Source: a virus
Lineage: Duplodnaviria; Caudoviricetes
Reading direction: 5' to 3' (one strand)
IMG/VR virus record: IMGVR_UViG_3300022666_000034
Coordinates: 1 to 44,423 of that record
DNA: 44,423 nt
Positions 34,855 through 43,668 of the stretch are shown one piece after another. Below the pieces are notes generated by a model. It did no database searches and had not been told where the DNA came from. It was given only the letters and a program-made list of their open reading frames with translations. A program made the translations under genes and the position numbers. Position 1 is the stretch's first letter; every line of letters begins with the position of its first letter.

Positions 34855-35517
34855 ATGAAACAATATCAAATCACATTGAACGGGCTGACACCACTACTGA
34901 TGCATAACGACAACCTGAACTTCTCGGAGAAGCTCGCAGAATGGCGCAAGGCCCCAGAAAACAAAGAGGGCAGCAATGCCGGTGACGACCGTTCGCCAGC
35001 TTGGACGTGGATCGGATATCTATACCACGATGGACGCAATCTCGGTATATCCTCAGATAACATCATGACCATGCTTAGAGAGGGCGGAGCAAAAGTCATC
35101 AACAAGGGCAAGGAAACGTATAAAAAACAGACACAATCCGGCGTCATGCTAGACCAGCAGCAGTTCGATATTTATGTGGACGGCAAGCGGATACCCATTG
35201 ACCGGATAAAGCCCCTTATCGGCGTCAACGACTTCGCCCAACACATAGAACTTGCGGAAGAACTAGGCTTTGAACTGCTCGTTAAGCGGGCAGCGGTTGG
35301 CAGGGCGAAACATATCCGCGTTCGCCCGATGTTCAGAACGTGGCAAGCGGTGGGTTCCCTAACTGTACTTGATGAGGATCTTTCTGGGCTGACTCATCAG
35401 GTATTGGAGACAGTATTGCGGCAGTCCGGGGCGTTGTGTGGGCTATGTGACTGGCGACCTTCTTCAAAGAGTTCCGGCACGTTTGGCAAGTTTCAGCCGA
35501 TCATCGAGCCGATATAA
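34855..35517 (+). CDS. Stand-alone RAMP-superfamily (Cas7/Csm3-like) protein
   Basis: N-terminal strand YQITLNGLTPLLMH, LGISSDNIMTMLRE helix, RVRPMF..W, and a C-terminal Gly-rich loop GALCGLCDWRPSSKSSGTFGKF; recognised by eye. Confidence 0.7.
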   Translation: MKQYQITLNGLTPLLMHNDNLNFSEKLAEWRKAPENKEGSNAGDDRSPAWTWIGYLYHDGRNLGISSDNIMTMLREGGAKVINKGKETYKKQTQSGVMLDQQQFDIYVDGKRIPIDRIKPLIGVNDFAQHIELAEELGFELLVKRAAVGRAKHIRVRPMFRTWQAVGSLTVLDEDLSGLTHQVLETVLRQSGALCGLCDWRPSSKSSGTFGKFQPIIEPI

Positions 35518-35629
35518 GGACCAACATTCCGCGCAAAGCCCCGCCAGTGTAGACCTCCCTGCACGGTGCGCGGAACTCCCTTTCCCGGTTGCAGCCGGGG
35601 AGGGGAGAAGGGGGAAAAGGAGAAGTGAC

Positions 35630-35815
35630 ATGAACACGGACGAGAGAATCATCGAACTGTTACAGGAGCAGAACCGTTTGCTGACCATCCTCGTTGCTCC
35701 GATTATCAGCTTGCAATCTAAGCAGTTGGCAAGGGCTACACCTGAAGACCGGAGGAAGGCCAGCAAAGAAGCGGCGGCGGAATCGAGAAGATTATACAAG
35801 GAGCGCAATAAATGA
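35630..35815 (+). CDS. Hypothetical protein
   Basis: AAGGAG RBS; MNTDERIIELLQEQNRLL. Confidence 0.65.
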   Translation: MNTDERIIELLQEQNRLLTILVAPIISLQSKQLARATPEDRRKASKEAAAESRRLYKERNK

Positions 35816-35891
35816 AAATCAAGTGGAAGCGCACATTGAAGCGGTGGGATTCAAGGGGCGTCGGTCGCTGGATGCTCCATAGGGGGTGAAT

Positions 35892-36038
35892 ATGATTGCG
35901 TGGTGGTGGCTGATACTTGCCTTCGTGTGTGGTGGCATTGGCGGCGTGGCGGTTATGTGTCTCTGCTGTGCAGCCAAAGAGGCGGATAGAGAGATTGAAG
36001 AGATGGAACGAAGGATAGCGGAATCGGGGAGGTTCTGA
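35892..36038 (+). CDS. Small membrane protein (48 aa; not in the ORF track)
   Basis: MIAWWWLILAFVCGGIGGVAVMCLCCAAKEAD; AGGGGG RBS. Confidence 0.6.
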   Translation: MIAWWWLILAFVCGGIGGVAVMCLCCAAKEADREIEEMERRIAESGRF

Positions 36039-36039
36039 G

Positions 36040-36282
36040 ATGAAGAGGGGATTCCTGAAAGCGGCATTTCAAATGATGGTCATGTTCGCGCTGATGTACT
36101 CATGCCTGTATCTGCTCATCCAGGCTATCGAGGCTGATACACGGGACGAGATGCTTACCCGCGAACAGAAGGCCGAAATCATGCGGCGGCAGGTGACGCC
36201 ATTCGACAAGGCCCATGATATCGAGTTGGCAAGCGACATATTGAATGCAAGAGCAGAAAAGACATGGGAGGGAATGCGGTGA
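36040..36282 (+). CDS. Hypothetical protein with an N-terminal TM segment
   Basis: GGAGG RBS; hydrophobic N-terminus. Confidence 0.65.
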   Translation: MKRGFLKAAFQMMVMFALMYSCLYLLIQAIEADTRDEMLTREQKAEIMRRQVTPFDKAHDIELASDILNARAEKTWEGMR

Positions 36283-36644
36283 AATGTCCTAAATGCGGGG
36301 CGAACCTGTTCAGTGACACGTGGTATCCAGCGGACATCAGTTGCCCAATATGCGGATTATATATCCCCACTACGAAGGATGTAGCGTTGCCGATGGACAA
36401 GAAAAAGATGATTGGCACGTTCAAGCAAACGGACAGTGCTTCAAAACGTGTGTTGCTCCGGCCATGCCCCGTCAAAGGGTGCAGCGGGACTATCCGGATA
36501 GACAGTACGCAGCCCATGTGCGCTAAGTGCAAGCAAAAAATTGCAGACTGGAAGAAGACGCGGCAACTGACAATGCCCCCTATCATTGAGATGAACGGGG
36601 AATTGATAATGCGGAAAATGGTTAATGTGGAGGTGGCTGAATGA
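36279..36644 (+). CDS. Zinc-finger protein
   Basis: CPKC...CPIC...CPVKGC...CAKC; GTGA overlap. Confidence 0.7.
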   Translation: MKCPKCGANLFSDTWYPADISCPICGLYIPTTKDVALPMDKKKMIGTFKQTDSASKRVLLRPCPVKGCSGTIRIDSTQPMCAKCKQKIADWKKTRQLTMPPIIEMNGELIMRKMVNVEVAE

Positions 36645-36868
36645 ACATCACGATTAACGGAGTGCCGCTTGAGGTCGAATTTGATTACTACCCAGGCTAC
36701 AGGGGCAAACGTGACAGACTCGGCGTACCGGAGGAACCGGACGAGGGGCCGGATGTCGATATAGGGCGGGTGTATATCGGGGACAGCGATGTAACGGACC
36801 TATTGAGTGTGGAGAGCTTTAGGGAAATCGAAAAGAGGGTGCTGGAAAGAATCAAGAAAGGGGTGTGA
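36641..36868 (+). CDS. Hypothetical phage protein
   Basis: LEVEFDYYPG...PEEPDE...DVTDLLS; ATGA coupled. Confidence 0.75.
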   Translation: MNITINGVPLEVEFDYYPGYRGKRDRLGVPEEPDEGPDVDIGRVYIGDSDVTDLLSVESFREIEKRVLERIKKGV

Positions 36869-37101
36869 ACGTGGATATTGAATGGTTTGAAAGGTTGATT
36901 GTCTGGCAACAAGGGAAGGAATCGCGGAGCCTCAAGATAGAAATAGGCGGGCACTTGCCACTGCATGTATTCGCCTATGATACGGCGTTGCTTGACGGAA
37001 TGACAGTGAAATGTCCGGACATGCCGGACATAGAGGGGAAGGTGGAGACAGAGGAACGCAAAAAGTATGACGAACTGAAGGTGAAATATGGCGAGAGATA
37101 G
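36865..37101 (+). CDS. Hypothetical protein
   Basis: GTGA coupled; ERKKYDELKVKYG C-terminus. Confidence 0.7.
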   Translation: MNVDIEWFERLIVWQQGKESRSLKIEIGGHLPLHVFAYDTALLDGMTVKCPDMPDIEGKVETEERKKYDELKVKYGER

Positions 37102-37813
37102 CGAAGGGAGAAGTTACCCGATAGAAGGGTACGGCAAATTTTGGAGCGTGACTACTATTCTCGGTATCCTCGAGAAACCGGCGTTAGTTCAATGGGCGGC
37201 GAACTGTGCAGTCCAGCACATCACGGACAACATCGTTGATTTTCTGACCTCCCCGGAAGAAACAAAACGCATCTTGGACGAAGCAAGAACAGCACACAGG
37301 GCAGTCAAAGACCATGCGGCAGATATCGGAACGCAAGCACATGAGTGGATTGAAAGATGGCTGACAGATAGTTCTATCCCGTTGCCAGATGATGATGTTG
37401 TTCGGGGCGCGGTGACAACATTCATTGAATGGGCTAAATCTGTCAATCTCTCCCCGATTGCATCAGAGGTGAAAGTGTTCCATCCATCATTCAGGTACGC
37501 CGGTCGATTCGATTTGCTGGCTACACTGAAGCAGGGGAAACAACGTAAGTCCAGAACATACCTCATCGATATTAAGACTAGCGGCAGCATATATGATTCG
37601 ATGCTCTATCAGTTGGCGGCGTATGAGGAAGCATACAGAGTATGCGACGGCAAACACAAGATAGACGGAAGGGGCATTATCCGACTGGATAAGACGACCG
37701 GGAAACCGGAGTGGAAGGAGTACACGAACATTGAAGAAATCGCAGGATGGGAAATCTTTAAGCGATTATCCGAAATCTACTACCTCATCAAGGGAACGCC
37801 CAATGGTGGATGA
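37088..37813 (+). CDS. PD-(D/E)xK exonuclease (recombination-associated)
   Basis: SVTTILG..KPALVQWA...GTQAHEWIE...YAGRFDL...IDIKTS...QLAAY. Confidence 0.85.
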   Translation: MARDSEGRSYPIEGYGKFWSVTTILGILEKPALVQWAANCAVQHITDNIVDFLTSPEETKRILDEARTAHRAVKDHAADIGTQAHEWIERWLTDSSIPLPDDDVVRGAVTTFIEWAKSVNLSPIASEVKVFHPSFRYAGRFDLLATLKQGKQRKSRTYLIDIKTSGSIYDSMLYQLAAYEEAYRVCDGKHKIDGRGIIRLDKTTGKPEWKEYTNIEEIAGWEIFKRLSEIYYLIKGTPNGG

Positions 37814-37866
37814 TTGGGACAAGCTCTACCACTGGCGCAACGAACGACGACACAAGAGGGTGATTC

Positions 37867-38559
37867 ATGACTATGAAATGTGACAATGTTTACAGTAGGT
37901 TGCAGGGCGCAAGGGTTGAACTGCAATCCAGACAACTCAAGGAGACTGGGAAGAACTCTTTTGCAGGGTACACATATCTCGAGCTTTCTGACTTCCTCCC
38001 ACACATCAACGAGATATGCGCTCAATACGGGCTGTGTGGGGTAATCAGTTTCGGAGATGTGGCAACGCTGACAATTATCAATACGGAAAAGCCGGATGAG
38101 CAGATAGTTTTCAGCTCTCCGATGTCAACGGCAGAACTGAAAGGCTGTCACCCTATCCAGAACCTGGGCGCGGTGCAATCGTACCTCCGGCGTTACCTCT
38201 GGCTGTCTGCGTTTGAAATAGTCGAGCACGATGCGCTTGACGCTACAACAGGCAATGATAAGACTCCCACACCAAAGAAGCCGGAATCAAAGAATGATCC
38301 CGTAAAGCCCGCCCTATCCACTGACCAAAAGAAATACTTCCCACGCATCAAGACGGCACTGCAAACAATCCAGGGTGACGACCTGCACGGCAAGAAGCAG
38401 ATTGTTAAATCGCTTACCTCGTTCACTGGCACGGACGGAAACGAGGTTGAGGGCATTGAGGATTACCGCAAGCTGGACGGCAAGCGTCTACAGATATTGG
38501 CGCACAAACTTGAGAAAATAGTGAAGAAAAGGGAGGCTGAACAGAATGCCGTATCTTAA
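37867..38559 (+). CDS. erf: ERF-family single-strand annealing protein
   Basis: KETGKNSFAGYTYLELSDFL...QNLGAVQSYLRRY. Confidence 0.85.
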   Translation: MTMKCDNVYSRLQGARVELQSRQLKETGKNSFAGYTYLELSDFLPHINEICAQYGLCGVISFGDVATLTIINTEKPDEQIVFSSPMSTAELKGCHPIQNLGAVQSYLRRYLWLSAFEIVEHDALDATTGNDKTPTPKKPESKNDPVKPALSTDQKKYFPRIKTALQTIQGDDLHGKKQIVKSLTSFTGTDGNEVEGIEDYRKLDGKRLQILAHKLEKIVKKREAEQNAVS

Positions 38560-38950
38560 TCAGGCAACGATAGTGGGACATCTCGCAAAAGACCCGGAAA
38601 CCCGGTTTACAACGGGCGGGATGGCTATTGCAAACTTCTCCGTCTATACCCGGCATGGTGTCAAGAAGGATGGGAAGTGGGAGAAAGAGACCACGTTCCA
38701 TGATTGTATCGCTTTCGGCAAGCAGGCTGAATGGCTCGGAGAGGCCCGCAAGGGGCAACTGGTTATACTCACTGGCCGAATCCAAAAAAGGAAGTGGCAG
38801 GACAAAGAGGGTAAGGACCGCTACAGCGTTGAGATAGTTTGCGACTCCGCGCAGGTGATGAAGGACAGAGAAGAAACGGGCGCGGCGGGGGAGAATCAGG
38901 CCAGCACGGGCGGATCAAGCAACTATGACGACGACGATATCCCATTCTGA
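38546..38950 (+). CDS. ssb: Single-stranded DNA-binding protein
   Basis: LNQATIVGHLAKDPETRFT...RKWQDKEG; acidic DDDDIPF tail. Confidence 0.95.
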   Translation: MPYLNQATIVGHLAKDPETRFTTGGMAIANFSVYTRHGVKKDGKWEKETTFHDCIAFGKQAEWLGEARKGQLVILTGRIQKRKWQDKEGKDRYSVEIVCDSAQVMKDREETGAAGENQASTGGSSNYDDDDIPF

Positions 38951-38960
38951 CGAAAGGACG

Positions 38961-39287
38961 ATGATGGAACTGTATGTAAAGCAGATGCAGGGCAAACGGA
39001 CGCGATACGTCCCTTACGTCCCGCCCAACAATAGCAACATGGCGATACCACAAGAGCAGATGGTAACGCTTTTGACCACGATTACAATGTCGATGCTGAT
39101 GAGCATTGAAGACCAACTGCCCAAAAAGCATAGCCGGTTTTCACGGGAGATCCGCAATATGGAAGCCGCCATTTCCCGGCTTGCGAAGCTGAACGCGAAA
39201 CCGCTTGATCCGGTGCTGGTTAACGCCGGAGTGGTGGGATGGAATGCCGCGATAGAGGGTATCCAGAAAACGTTGATGGGGGTGTGA
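38961..39287 (+). CDS. Hypothetical protein
   Basis: AAAGGA RBS; operon context. Confidence 0.7.
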   Translation: MMELYVKQMQGKRTRYVPYVPPNNSNMAIPQEQMVTLLTTITMSMLMSIEDQLPKKHSRFSREIRNMEAAISRLAKLNAKPLDPVLVNAGVVGWNAAIEGIQKTLMGV

Positions 39288-39288
39288 T

Positions 39289-39735
39289 GTGACAGCAAAA
39301 GAGAAAATAGAGCAGATGAAACAAGCATTCGAAGACTGCGACAAAGTAATCGATGCTATAGATGATGCTGTCGGGATAAGCCCGGAAGCCCCGCTATTTA
39401 GATCCATAAGCAGATTGCAGGACATAACCGTAAGGGCAACAGCGGAAAGCATCGGAATGGAAGAAGAAGTCCTTGACTGGTTTGTCCGTGAAAACAATTT
39501 CGGTGCAACCAGACACGTATGCGAGAAGGATGGTGTCGAGACAGTGATCGACAGTATTGACGCATTCCTGCAGTTCGAGGGGGTGCAATGTGAGTATTAT
39601 GAAATAGGCAAGGCCGAAAATGCCGAAGAAGCCGCCCTTGGTAGAGTTGTAAAGGAGTATCTGGCGGCAACCGGATCATGGCCGTGGAATAATGATTATT
39701 GGTGGGACAAATTTCAAAAAGCAATAAGCAGATAA
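39289..39735 (+). CDS. Hypothetical protein
   Basis: LDWFVRENNFG motif; stop lies in the AGATAAC box of site K. Confidence 0.7.
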   Translation: MTAKEKIEQMKQAFEDCDKVIDAIDDAVGISPEAPLFRSISRLQDITVRATAESIGMEEEVLDWFVRENNFGATRHVCEKDGVETVIDSIDAFLQFEGVQCEYYEIGKAENAEEAALGRVVKEYLAATGSWPWNNDYWWDKFQKAISR

Positions 39736-39782
39736 CATCACAAGGCTGACCGCCTCCGGGCGGTTCGTGCCGCTGGTTGTAT
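39730..39782 (-). repeat. Isolated attC-like site K
   Basis: AGATAAC-8nt-GCTGACCGCC-TCCG-GGCGGTTCGTGC-CGCTG-GTTGTAT; same layout as sites F and G. Confidence 0.7.
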
Positions 39783-39805
39783 CTTTCGGTGGAAGGAGCG
39801 GAGTA

Positions 39806-40258
39806 TTGAATTACATTGGAATTGACCCCGGTCAGAAGGGCGGGTTGGCTTACCTTGCAAACGGGCAAATCACAGAATATACCCTCATGCCTCTGACCGT
39901 CCACGACGTGGTGCTGTGGGTATCCGACCGTCTCCACAACGCAGATGGCCCGGTCTCTCTGGTCGCGGAACTAGCTCAGGCGATGCCAAAGCAGGGCGTC
40001 ACATCGTCGTTCAACTACGGGCGCCATTTCGGCCAGTTTGAAGCTATCGCGGCAGCCCTTGGCATACCGTATCACGAGGTCCGGCCGGCAATCTGGAAGA
40101 AGGCTATGGGGCTGAATGCGGCGAAAGTAGACAGTGTCACCCTCTGTCAACGGCTGTTCCCTGGTGTGGATCTGATCCCGAATGGGTGCCGTGTGGCAAA
40201 GGATGGCATAGCGGAGGCATGCTTGATTGCCGAATGGGCAAGGAGGCAAGGACTGTGA
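39806..40258 (+). CDS. RuvC-like Holliday junction resolvase
   Basis: YIGIDPGQKGGLA...E...PKQGVTSSFNYG...PAIWKK...DGIAEACLIA. Confidence 0.88.
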   Translation: MNYIGIDPGQKGGLAYLANGQITEYTLMPLTVHDVVLWVSDRLHNADGPVSLVAELAQAMPKQGVTSSFNYGRHFGQFEAIAAALGIPYHEVRPAIWKKAMGLNAAKVDSVTLCQRLFPGVDLIPNGCRVAKDGIAEACLIAEWARRQGL

Positions 40259-40488
40259 CATCAAAGGAAAGGCGATATGTTGCGCGGTTGGAGACGCGAA
40301 TTGAAGAGTTGGAACGCCAACACGGGAAGGAAATGGATATATACCGCGACAACATAGAAGAGATTGTTGAGATGCGGACCGCACTACGGAACATCCACGA
40401 CGCGCTCGTTGACGCGGTAAATGAAATCAATAGCGTTATCAGGCCGATAGATCGGATAAGCGACCGGCTAACGGTGGGGGGAGAATAA
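40255..40488 (+). CDS. Coiled-coil hypothetical protein
   Basis: GTGA overlap; GGAGG RBS. Confidence 0.6.
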   Translation: MTSKERRYVARLETRIEELERQHGKEMDIYRDNIEEIVEMRTALRNIHDALVDAVNEINSVIRPIDRISDRLTVGGE

Positions 40489-40506
40489 AAAGGGACTAAG
40501 ACGGGA

Positions 40507-40716
40507 GTGAAAATGCGTAAAGAAAGAATCGACAGAGTATACAGCGAGTGCAAGCGGTTGATGGAGAGGATTGACGAGTTGCGGGATGTGTCGGGGGGGT
40601 CCTGTGACCCATACCCCCGCGAATCTGGCGCGGTGAGACGCGCATCAATGGACCTGACGCGGGCATTGGCGGACATGAGAAAGCCGTGTTTCTGGAAGTT
40701 GCCGGGGGATAAATAA
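40507..40716 (+). CDS. Hypothetical protein
   Basis: RESGAVRRASMDLTRALADMRK motif recalled from phage hypotheticals. Confidence 0.65.
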   Translation: MKMRKERIDRVYSECKRLMERIDELRDVSGGSCDPYPRESGAVRRASMDLTRALADMRKPCFWKLPGDK

Positions 40717-40935
40717 ATGGCCGCACCTTCGTCATCACGCCCCGACAAATGCCACATTTGCGGCAAGATCGCATGTCAAGGAGATTGTCTCAAATGCCCG
40801 AAACGTCCGATCTCTCAATGCGACAGGGGCTTTTTCCACCCCTGCGTCGTCCGGAAAGAGAGCGGGGGGATACTGTGGGGTTGGGTGTGCGGGGATTGCT
40901 ATGGGCGGTTTAACCAAAAAGGAGAAATACAATGA
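40717..40935 (+). CDS. Cys-rich hypothetical protein
   Basis: Multiple CxxC pairs; operon context. Confidence 0.55.
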   Translation: MAAPSSSRPDKCHICGKIACQGDCLKCPKRPISQCDRGFFHPCVVRKESGGILWGWVCGDCYGRFNQKGEIQ

Positions 40936-41204
40936 CACGTAAAGAGATTGCGGCACGAGTAGCTGACAGGCTGGAAATATCCAACAAACTCTCAAATGAC
41001 GTGATAGCCGAAGCACTCAACGAGATACTTGCATCCGTCATGGATGACGGTGAAACGGTGGTATTGCGAGGGTTTGGCACGTTCCGGCGCGTGGAGAGAA
41101 GGGCGCATAAAGGGCGGAACCCGCAGAATGGGGAGTGGGTGGAAGTCCCGGCGAAGGAAATCTTTTATTTCAGACCGGCGAAGGCGACCAGAAACGTGAG
41201 GTAA
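40932..41204 (+). CDS. HU/IHF-family DNA-binding protein
   Basis: MTRKEI...VVLRGFGTF...RAHKGRNPQNGE...FRPAK. Confidence 0.92.
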   Translation: MTRKEIAARVADRLEISNKLSNDVIAEALNEILASVMDDGETVVLRGFGTFRRVERRAHKGRNPQNGEWVEVPAKEIFYFRPAKATRNVR

Positions 41205-41206
41205 GG

Positions 41207-42469
41207 ATGGATTATTGCTCATTCTTGAAATCAAAAGAAATTGTAACGAGACCATCCGGTTTCGATGTTGTCACGTCATATCTTCCGTCAATGCTGTATG
41301 ACTATCAACGTGACCTTGTGTCATGGGGATGTAGACGTGGCAAGGCGGCGTTGTTCACGATGACCGGAACCGGCAAGACGGCAATGCAAGTATCTTGGGC
41401 CGATGCCGTCCGACGCCACACGTCTGGCAAGGTGGTTATTTTGGCACCACTGGCAGTTGCACAGCAGACTGTCAGAGAGGCCGCAAAGTTTGGAATAGAG
41501 GTTAATTACTGCCGTCATGCAGGCGGTGTAAAGGACGGCATAACGATTACAAACTATGAGATGCTACATCACTTTGATGATGTGAAGTTTGATGGGATTG
41601 TACTGGATGAGTCCGGTATCTTGAAGTCCTACGCGGGGAAAATGAGGAACGCAATCATCGACAGATCGCAAAGTATCCCCTTCCGTCTGGCATGTTCGGC
41701 CACTCCCGCGCCAAACGACTTCATGGAAATCGGCAATCACGCGGAGTTTCTAGGCGTGATGAGCTACAACGAAATGCTTGCGACGTTCTTTGTCCATGAT
41801 GGTGGTGACACATCGAAATGGAGACTCAAAGGACACGCTGAGACGAAATTTTGGAAATGGTTAGCATCGTGGGGATGCTTCTTAAATACACCGTCTGACC
41901 TCGGATATTCTGACGAAGGGTTTGTCCTCCCTCCTCTCATAGATCATCAACACATCGTCGAGTCCGGGCCGTCAGATGGCGCATTATTCGCCTTTGAAGC
42001 CAGGGGGCTACTGGAACGTCAATCTGCACGGAAGGAAAGCATCAATAGGCGGGTTGAGAAGTGCGTGGAGATTGTTGAGACAAGCAATAAGCCATTCCTT
42101 GTCTGGTGTAATCTCAACGCTGAAGCCGACGCGCTGAAACGGGCGATTCCTGGATCTGTGGATGTGAGGGGAAGCGATACTCAGGATCACAAAGAACGGT
42201 CAATGTTGGAGTTCGCAGCGGGAAACATACCTGTGATGATCAGTAAACCCACAGTTTGCGGCCACGGCATGAACTGGCAAGTATGCGCTGATACTGCATT
42301 TGTAGGGCTATCGGACTCGTTTGAACAGATATTCCAGGCAACAAGGAGGTTTTACCGCCACGGCCAGTCTCGATCTGTTAACCGGCATCTAATCATCAGC
42401 GAGGCAGAAGGCGCGGTGCTGGCAAACATTCAACGCCAATATCAAGAAGATGGAACGAGAACGGGATGA
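41207..42469 (+). CDS. SNF2-like helicase (C-terminus apparently deleted and frameshifted)
   Basis: TGTGKT Walker A, LDES, SATPAPND, GHGMNWQ, QATRRFYRHGQ. Confidence 0.85.
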   Translation: MDYCSFLKSKEIVTRPSGFDVVTSYLPSMLYDYQRDLVSWGCRRGKAALFTMTGTGKTAMQVSWADAVRRHTSGKVVILAPLAVAQQTVREAAKFGIEVNYCRHAGGVKDGITITNYEMLHHFDDVKFDGIVLDESGILKSYAGKMRNAIIDRSQSIPFRLACSATPAPNDFMEIGNHAEFLGVMSYNEMLATFFVHDGGDTSKWRLKGHAETKFWKWLASWGCFLNTPSDLGYSDEGFVLPPLIDHQHIVESGPSDGALFAFEARGLLERQSARKESINRRVEKCVEIVETSNKPFLVWCNLNAEADALKRAIPGSVDVRGSDTQDHKERSMLEFAAGNIPVMISKPTVCGHGMNWQVCADTAFVGLSDSFEQIFQATRRFYRHGQSRSVNRHLIISEAEGAVLANIQRQYQEDGTRTG

Positions 42470-42522
42470 ATATATCGCAAACAATCCGATATCTATTCCG
42501 TCATGGTTACAGGGAGGCGTCG

Positions 42523-43392
42523 ATGGTCAAAAATCAGCAAGTAACGGATAATTACGCACTCTATAACGGCGATTGTGTTGATGTGGCGAGGGATATTCCA
42601 AGCGACAGTATTCATTTCTCTGTGTCAAGTATCCCATTTGCATCGCTTTACACATATTCAAATCATTGCCGCGATATGGGGAACTGCCGCAATTATGAAG
42701 AGTTTGCGGAACACTTCAGTTTTATGATCTATGAGTGGTTCAGAATCACGATGCCGGGGCGACTTGTGTCAATCCATTGCATGAATCTACCGACCAGCAA
42801 ACAACATCACGGTTATATAGGTATTCAGGACTTCAGGGGCGATATAATACGATGGATGCAGAAAGCCGGATTCATTTATCATTCTGAGGTGTGTATCTGG
42901 AAAGACCCTGTGACCGCCATGCAACGCACTAAGGCACTTGGTTTGCTCCATAAACAGATTAAGAAAGATTCGGCTATGTCACGGCAGGGAATACCTGATT
43001 ACCTATGCACGTTCCGCAAGCCGGGAGACAACACTGAACCGGTCACACACACCAACGAGACGTTCCCTGTTGCATTGTGGCAGAATTACGCATCACCCGT
43101 ATGGATGGATATCAACCCGTCAAAAACATTACAGCGAACATCAGCCAGGGAAAACGCCGATGAACGCCACATTTGCCCTTTGCAGTTGGAGGTAATCGAG
43201 CGGGCTATAGACCTATGGAGTAATCCCGGTGACGTGGTTTACGATCCTTTCGGCGGCATCGGTTCAACCGGATATGTGGCACTACAGAACGGACGCAAGA
43301 CCATCATGAGTGAGCTGAAAGAGAGTTACTACCGGCAAATGGTGTTAAATTGCCAGTCTGCGAAATCACAACATGCTACACTTTTTGATTAA
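42523..43392 (+). CDS. DNA methyltransferase, N4-C/N6-A beta class
   Basis: Motif IV SVSSIPF before motif I DPFGGIGST; HICPLQL; GGAGG RBS. Confidence 0.9.
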   Translation: MVKNQQVTDNYALYNGDCVDVARDIPSDSIHFSVSSIPFASLYTYSNHCRDMGNCRNYEEFAEHFSFMIYEWFRITMPGRLVSIHCMNLPTSKQHHGYIGIQDFRGDIIRWMQKAGFIYHSEVCIWKDPVTAMQRTKALGLLHKQIKKDSAMSRQGIPDYLCTFRKPGDNTEPVTHTNETFPVALWQNYASPVWMDINPSKTLQRTSARENADERHICPLQLEVIERAIDLWSNPGDVVYDPFGGIGSTGYVALQNGRKTIMSELKESYYRQMVLNCQSAKSQHATLFD

Positions 43393-43425
43393 CCTTCAAC
43401 CATCACTTTAACACAAGGGGCGTAA

Positions 43426-43668
43426 ATGACTGAAATTGAAGCAATCACGGAAATGCTACAGGAACTCGAACGCGCCCGGCTGATTCATCCCCGCTGGCCT
43501 ACGGACCCCATCCACCAGGTTGCTATCATGGCGGAAGAGTCCGGGGAGTCGGTGAGGGCAGTGAATAACTTGGTATATGAGGGCGGCAGTATTTATGACT
43601 TGAGAGATGAGCTTATCCAGACTGGCGCGATGGTAATGCGCTGTCTGGTAGAAATGGAGGGGATGTGA
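43426..43668 (+). CDS. MazG-like all-alpha nucleotide pyrophosphohydrolase-like protein
   Basis: AIMAEESGESVRA...LRDELIQTGAM. Confidence 0.6.
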   Translation: MTEIEAITEMLQELERARLIHPRWPTDPIHQVAIMAEESGESVRAVNNLVYEGGSIYDLRDELIQTGAMVMRCLVEMEGM

